Shown here in pieces: positions 59,562 through 64,000 of a DNA stretch of 64,000 nucleotides. Location of the stretch: positions 483-64,482 of the forward strand of contig CAYMGD010000007.1 in NCBI GenBank assembly GCA_964389905.1. Reading direction: 5' to 3'. Numbering within the stretch: position 1 is the first letter of the stretch; each line of letters opens with the position of its first letter. A model generated the notes under the pieces. It did no database searches. It saw only the letters and a program-made list of their open reading frames with translations, and was not told the origin of the DNA. The translations under genes were made by a program, and so were the position numbers. Source of the DNA: an uncultured Coprobacillus sp. (GTDB lineage Bacteria > Bacillota_I > Bacilli_A > ML615J-28 > CAG-698).

Positions 59562-61217
59562 CTAAAAGATAAGACTTAGTTCTACTTCTTGACCATTTCT
59601 TAGGACTTTTACTGGAATAGGAGTTCCAGAACCAACTACTATTTGTCCTAGTTCAACACGAATATCTGATGACTTACGTAAAGCTTTACCATTGAATTCA
59701 AGTAAGATATCATCTTTTTGTAAAATACCTTCACATACTGAACCTCTTGTTATTGCTGTTATATATAATCCTGTTTTAGCATTTTCAGGGATAATATATT
59801 TATAATCAGCATTCTCATAATCTGCTTTTAATAGATCTGCTACGGCAATAATGCTTATTCCAATAACTGGTCTTTCTGGTGTTTTTTCTTTTTCTAAGTA
59901 TGGAAGTAAGCTTATTATTGTATTTGATGGAATTGAGAATCCCATATTATCAATATCTGTTGAAGCAAATTTCATTGTGTTAATTCCAATAACTCTTCCA
60001 TACATATTTAGAAGTGGTCCACCACTATTTCCAGGGTTAATTGAAGCATCATGTTGGATATATGTTGCATCCCAATCGTTTGTGCCATCCCCATCTGTAT
60101 CATCTGATACATATCTTTCTGGATGTGAAACTATTCCTTGTGTTGCTGAAGAGGAGTAATCGAATGATTTAGGGTTACCAATCGCCACAACAACATCACC
60201 TTGTTCAACTAAATCACTATCAGCAAACTTTAGAGGTGTTAAATACTCTTCATATTCAAACTTTACAACTGCTAAATCCACTTTATCATCATAGTGGACA
60301 ACAGTTGCTGGAACTTCATCATCTATCATATGAATGTATACTTTTATTGCATCACTATCTTTTACAACGTGTCTATTTGTTATTAAATAATATTGATAAG
60401 TTACAATATTTTCATTTTCTATATCATCAGTTAATGAGCCATCAGCTAAGATTCCTGTAGCACGATATACAAATCCACTACCAAAACTTGTAAAAACAAG
60501 TACTTTATTAGTGTTATAAACATAATTAGATACACCTAAAATAGAATTTTTAGTTTCAGAAATTACTTTCTTTACTTGTGTCTCATAACTATCATCACGG
60601 ACATCTTTTGTCACATTAACAGTTATTGAAGAGTTAATACTATTATCTTTCTTTGAATAAACTGTTATTATAACAGTACCAGCTGACTTAAATGTAACAA
60701 TACCAAAGTTATCAACTGTTGCTACTCCCTCATTATTGCTTATATATCCAACTTCTTGAGAGGCATTCGCAGGAGTAGTTTCAAAGTTGTAATAAGCTTT
60801 TGTGCCTGTAACTGCTTCTTTATCGCCCCATAAAGTTATTTGTTCTGGAGCTTCATCAGTATATTCAATTGGTTTTTCTATCACTTTTATTGAGAAGCGA
60901 CCATACAAAGAATTGTTATCTTTTGATGTTGCAACAACCGAAGCTAATCCTTTTGATATTCCAGTAACTTTACCTTCATCATCAACTATTAGAATTTCAT
61001 CATTTGTTGTTGTCCAAATAAATTCATTATTGTAATCTCCTAAAGGATTAATGTTTGCGGTAATAGTTGTTTGTTCGCCAATATAAATTGTAGAATCACC
61101 TTCCATTAAAACTTTAGTTGTTGTTATCCCCTCAAATATTCCAGTACTAAAATTACATGCTGGAATAAAAAGTAATGAAACAAATATTAAAACTATTAAA
61201 ACTATCTTTTTCTTCAT
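59562..61217 (-). CDS. HtrA/DegP-like serine protease lipoprotein with N-terminal Ig-like (Big_2-type) domains and PDZ
   Basis: Lipobox IPAC. Two Big_2-like segments. Catalytic TNRHV...DLAV...GNSGGPL. C-terminal PDZ-like region. Confidence 0.85.
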   Translation of the reverse strand: MKKKIVLIVLIFVSLLFIPACNFSTGIFEGITTTKVLMEGDSTIYIGEQTTITANINPLGDYNNEFIWTTTNDEILIVDDEGKVTGISKGLASVVATSKDNNSLYGRFSIKVIEKPIEYTDEAPEQITLWGDKEAVTGTKAYYNFETTPANASQEVGYISNNEGVATVDNFGIVTFKSAGTVIITVYSKKDNSINSSITVNVTKDVRDDSYETQVKKVISETKNSILGVSNYVYNTNKVLVFTSFGSGFVYRATGILADGSLTDDIENENIVTYQYYLITNRHVVKDSDAIKVYIHMIDDEVPATVVHYDDKVDLAVVKFEYEEYLTPLKFADSDLVEQGDVVVAIGNPKSFDYSSSATQGIVSHPERYVSDDTDGDGTNDWDATYIQHDASINPGNSGGPLLNMYGRVIGINTMKFASTDIDNMGFSIPSNTIISLLPYLEKEKTPERPVIGISIIAVADLLKADYENADYKYIIPENAKTGLYITAITRGSVCEGILQKDDILLEFNGKALRKSSDIRVELGQIVVGSGTPIPVKVLRNGQEVELSLIF

Positions 61218-61233
61218 TTTTGTTCTCCTTTTT

Positions 61234-62388
61234 TTAGATTGTTACAATTATTTCTTCATTATCACGAATTACTTTCAATTTTATTTTATCTGAATATCTG
61301 ACTATCGCTTTAAATGTATTAACATCATTTATTTTTATATCATTTATTTCTAATATTAAGTCATTATCAGTTATTTTTCCTTGCCATATACCTCGTAATG
61401 AATAAACATAGATACCATAATCATATGCGTTATCAAGGCTAACATCAGGAATATTCTTATAAACATCACGGTTGCGGATTTCATTCATAGAATACAATCT
61501 TCCTGAAACTTCTTCTTTTTGTGTAAGAATTCCTTGTTCCAAATTTGTTAAGTAAAGTTTGATTACATTAGAAGGAATTGCAAAACCCATTCCTTCAACA
61601 GTTACTTTATCATCATAAAGTTTTAATGTGTTAATTCCAATTAGTTCGCCATTGATATTAACCAAAGCACCACCGCTATTTCCTGAATTAATTGAAGCAT
61701 CATGTTGAATGAACTCACATGCTATTTCAGTATCAGTAATTCCATCTAAATTAGTATCTCTTTTTACACTCATATACCTTTTAGGATATGATACAATACC
61801 TAAAGAAGCTGAGTTATAATATTCATATCCACCTGAAGAACCTACTGCAACCACTATATCACCTTTTTGCACGTTATCACTATTAGCTAGTGTAATTGGA
61901 GTAATATATAAAGTTGTTTCAAATGAGATAACAGCTAAATCTTCTTTTGCGTTATATCCTAGTAGCATCGCATCAGTCATAGTTTTTTCATCACCGAAAT
62001 AGGCTTTGATTTTGTAATTATCATCGGTTTCACTAACAACATGTTGATTAGTAATCGCATAATAAACATATTTTAAAACATTATTTGAATTTTTTGTCTC
62101 AGTGATATCTTCTAAAACATCTCCATTTTTCATAACAGCATATGCCTTGTAAACCACACCACTTCCCGTAGATGAAGATTCCCAGGCAAATAAATGCCTT
62201 ATATATGTGCTAATACCAATAGTAGATTCAGATGCCTTTTTCACAGCAGGAACAAAGGCTTTAGAAATATCATTAATATCAATATTAACATCATATGATG
62301 TATTATATATCTCATTTTTGGTTGTCTCACTACATCCGTAGGATAATAGCAAAATAAACAAACCAATAATTAATAATCTTCTTTTCAA
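61234..62388 (-). CDS. HtrA/DegP-like serine protease lipoprotein
   Basis: Lipobox SYGC, TNQHV...DLAV...GNSGGAL, PDZ-like C-terminus. Confidence 0.85.
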   Translation of the reverse strand: MKRRLLIIGLFILLLSYGCSETTKNEIYNTSYDVNIDINDISKAFVPAVKKASESTIGISTYIRHLFAWESSSTGSGVVYKAYAVMKNGDVLEDITETKNSNNVLKYVYYAITNQHVVSETDDNYKIKAYFGDEKTMTDAMLLGYNAKEDLAVISFETTLYITPITLANSDNVQKGDIVVAVGSSGGYEYYNSASLGIVSYPKRYMSVKRDTNLDGITDTEIACEFIQHDASINSGNSGGALVNINGELIGINTLKLYDDKVTVEGMGFAIPSNVIKLYLTNLEQGILTQKEEVSGRLYSMNEIRNRDVYKNIPDVSLDNAYDYGIYVYSLRGIWQGKITDNDLILEINDIKINDVNTFKAIVRYSDKIKLKVIRDNEEIIVTI

Positions 62389-62392
62389 ATTG

Positions 62393-63154
62393 TTACTCCT
62401 TTAGACCAAACAATGCACAAGCATTATCATACATTATATTTTCTATTATTTCCCTTTTTTCACATTTTATTTGTGAAATTTCATCTATGATATATGGAAT
62501 ATATGATGGCTTATTAATTTGACCTCTAAATGGTACAGGAGTTAAATAAGGTGCATCAGTTTCAGTCAAAAGCCATTTAGTATCAATTCCAGCAACCACT
62601 CTTTTTAGTTCCTTACTATTTTTAAAAGTTAATACTCCTCCTATGCCTAAATAATAACCTTTCTTCACAAACTCTTTTGCCATCTCTAGGCTAGATGAAA
62701 AACAGTGAAGAACACCTCTGCTTGGATATTCTTTCATAATATTGTAAGTATCAGCAATTGCTTCTCGAGAATGGACAATTATCGGTAAATTTAATTCATT
62801 AGCAATTTGTATTTGTTTGATAAACATCTCTTTTTGTAAATCAATATATGTTTTATCCCAATAATAGTCAAGTCCTATCTCACCAATAGCAACAACTTTT
62901 TCATTTTTAGCTAAATCATATATCCAAGTTAATGATTTATCCTTTTCATTAATTGTTTCACATGGATATAATCCTATAGCAGCATATATGAAAGAATACT
63001 TTGAAGCAAGTTCAATAGCCTTAAGTGACGACTGATAGTCACAGCCAACACATATCATTTTCGAAACATTACTTTCAAGAGCTTCCTTAATTACATCTTC
63101 TAATATTCCATCATATTTTTCGTTATATAAATGCATATGTGTATCTATAATCAT
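62393..63154 (-). CDS. tatD: TatD-family metal-dependent DNase/hydrolase
   Basis: IIDTHMHL, GEIGLDY, VHSREA, ETDAPYL. Confidence 0.92.
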   Translation of the reverse strand: MIIDTHMHLYNEKYDGILEDVIKEALESNVSKMICVGCDYQSSLKAIELASKYSFIYAAIGLYPCETINEKDKSLTWIYDLAKNEKVVAIGEIGLDYYWDKTYIDLQKEMFIKQIQIANELNLPIIVHSREAIADTYNIMKEYPSRGVLHCFSSSLEMAKEFVKKGYYLGIGGVLTFKNSKELKRVVAGIDTKWLLTETDAPYLTPVPFRGQINKPSYIPYIIDEISQIKCEKREIIENIMYDNACALFGLKE

Positions 63155-63174
63155 AATATCATCCTCGTATAATG

Positions 63175-63203
63175 ATTATACCATATAAATGCAATTTTGA
63201 TAA
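63175..63203 (-). promoter_or_regulatory. Putative tatD promoter
   Basis: Minus strand reads TTATCA (63203-63198), a 17-nt spacer ending in TGG, then TATAAT (63180-63175). Confidence 0.4.
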
Positions 63204-63501
63204 TATATTTTTTACTAAAAATCTAACATATTGATTCTTTTTGACATTATAGACATCTAAATATAAAAATTTAATGGTTATACAATCTTCTTTTCAAAGT
63301 TATTTTTTACCACATCATACAACGTTTTTTATGCGATTGCCATATCTAAAAGAAAATTTAATATATCCAACCACTGAACTTAAAAAGTGATATAAATTTG
63401 CTTATTTTATAGGCAGGATTGGAAAAGTGCAGCAAGTAGCGTTTTTGACAGTTGCTACAATTGAGATATCTAGGTTTCGCTTTTGTCCGCTAAATGTAAG
63501 A

Positions 63502-63534
63502 AAGGATGGAACTGAAATTATCAGTTTCATCCTT
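63502..63534 (-). terminator. Strong 14-bp hairpin downstream of the 63574..63981 gene
   Basis: AAGGATGGAACTGA-aatta-TCAGTTTCATCCTT with one G-U pair. The minus-strand tail, TCTTACATTT, is only moderately T-rich. Confidence 0.45.
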
Positions 63535-63573
63535 AATGTTAAAAACGTTGTTTGTTTGCTTTTGATTTTATAA

Positions 63574-63981
63574 TTAAGAAAATAATTTATTAAATATAAG
63601 AATAAGCAAAAACGCACCATTAGTTAATAATAATAAATTCAAGAATCTTCTATTATGATAATAACTCACTTTAACGTGTCTACATTTTTTTCTTATTAAA
63701 TGAACCATAATGATTGACGGATTTTTAACTGATAATAGTTGTTTATAATTTTTATCAAATAACACCAATTCTGATGGTTTGGTGTTAAACCTATCCATAT
63801 CACCATAGTCATATCTAATATAACTTATTTCGTTATAATTTATTTTCTTATTATTGATTTTAGTTTTAATAACTAAACATTCATCATTTACATAGTATTT
63901 TGTTTTAATAAATATTTGTGAAATAAAAGAAATTATAATTAGAATAACATTTGTCATTAATATAAGAAATGGAACAATCAA
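63574..63981 (-). CDS. Small membrane protein, unknown function
   Basis: 135 aa with hydrophobic N- and C-terminal segments flanking a soluble core. Confidence 0.5.
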   Translation of the reverse strand: MIVPFLILMTNVILIIISFISQIFIKTKYYVNDECLVIKTKINNKKINYNEISYIRYDYGDMDRFNTKPSELVLFDKNYKQLLSVKNPSIIMVHLIRKKCRHVKVSYYHNRRFLNLLLLTNGAFLLILIFNKLFS

Positions 63982-64000
63982 TAATGTAGAAAATAGTTCA

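Noticed and set aside
63402-63620. 72-aa ORF in the tatD upstream spacer
   Set aside because: It has no RBS and an implausible composition. It overlaps the 3-prime end of the neighbouring gene and a strong hairpin, so I treat the region as non-coding.

Overview
Strongly AT-rich chromosomal segment from a cell-walled, low-GC Bacillota-type bacterium that uses the standard code. Genes are tightly packed and almost all lie on the minus strand.

Most of the window is housekeeping:
- an OmpR/histidine-kinase pair co-transcribed with VTC-domain and DUF4956 genes
- a MarR regulator with a heterodimeric ABC exporter
- a DD-carboxypeptidase
- a complete glycogen operon (glgB-glgC-glgD-glgA-glgP) extended by a GH13 enzyme and a lipoprotein
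- a long uridine-kinase-family protein
- infC-rpmI-rplT with an ATT start and an L20-leader-like attenuator
- a TetR-controlled operon with two ABC-2 transporters and a DUF4097 lipoprotein
- acpP and a DAG-kinase-family lipid kinase
- tgt-queA-ruvB, with ruvA divergent
- ftsY-ylxM-ffh
- an ECF sigma factor with a putative anti-sigma partner
- an APC permease, cinA, ychF, a PBP1A-type protein, two tandem HtrA-like proteases and tatD

I saw no rRNA, tRNA, CRISPR array, transposase or integrase.

Four accessory elements stand out:
1. A roughly 2.3-kb two-gene cassette at 5063-7172 pairs an ABC-type ATPase with a small TOPRIM-like protein. It has its own perfect consensus promoter and is bracketed by a 50/51-nt direct repeat that is a duplicated terminator. 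This is the best candidate for a defence system (split OLD / AbiL / PARIS-like, possibly a divergent variant). A DUF2130 coiled-coil, nuclease-like gene sits next to it.
2. A DUF4869-like gene and a mini P-loop ATPase are wedged directly upstream of the infC promoter. The first gene carries a single in-frame TGA.
3. A heavily decayed DUF1016/YhcG nuclease pseudogene.
4. An orphan plus-strand AAA_14/DUF4143 ATPase.

All family assignments come from reading the translated ORFs by eye. No searches were run.
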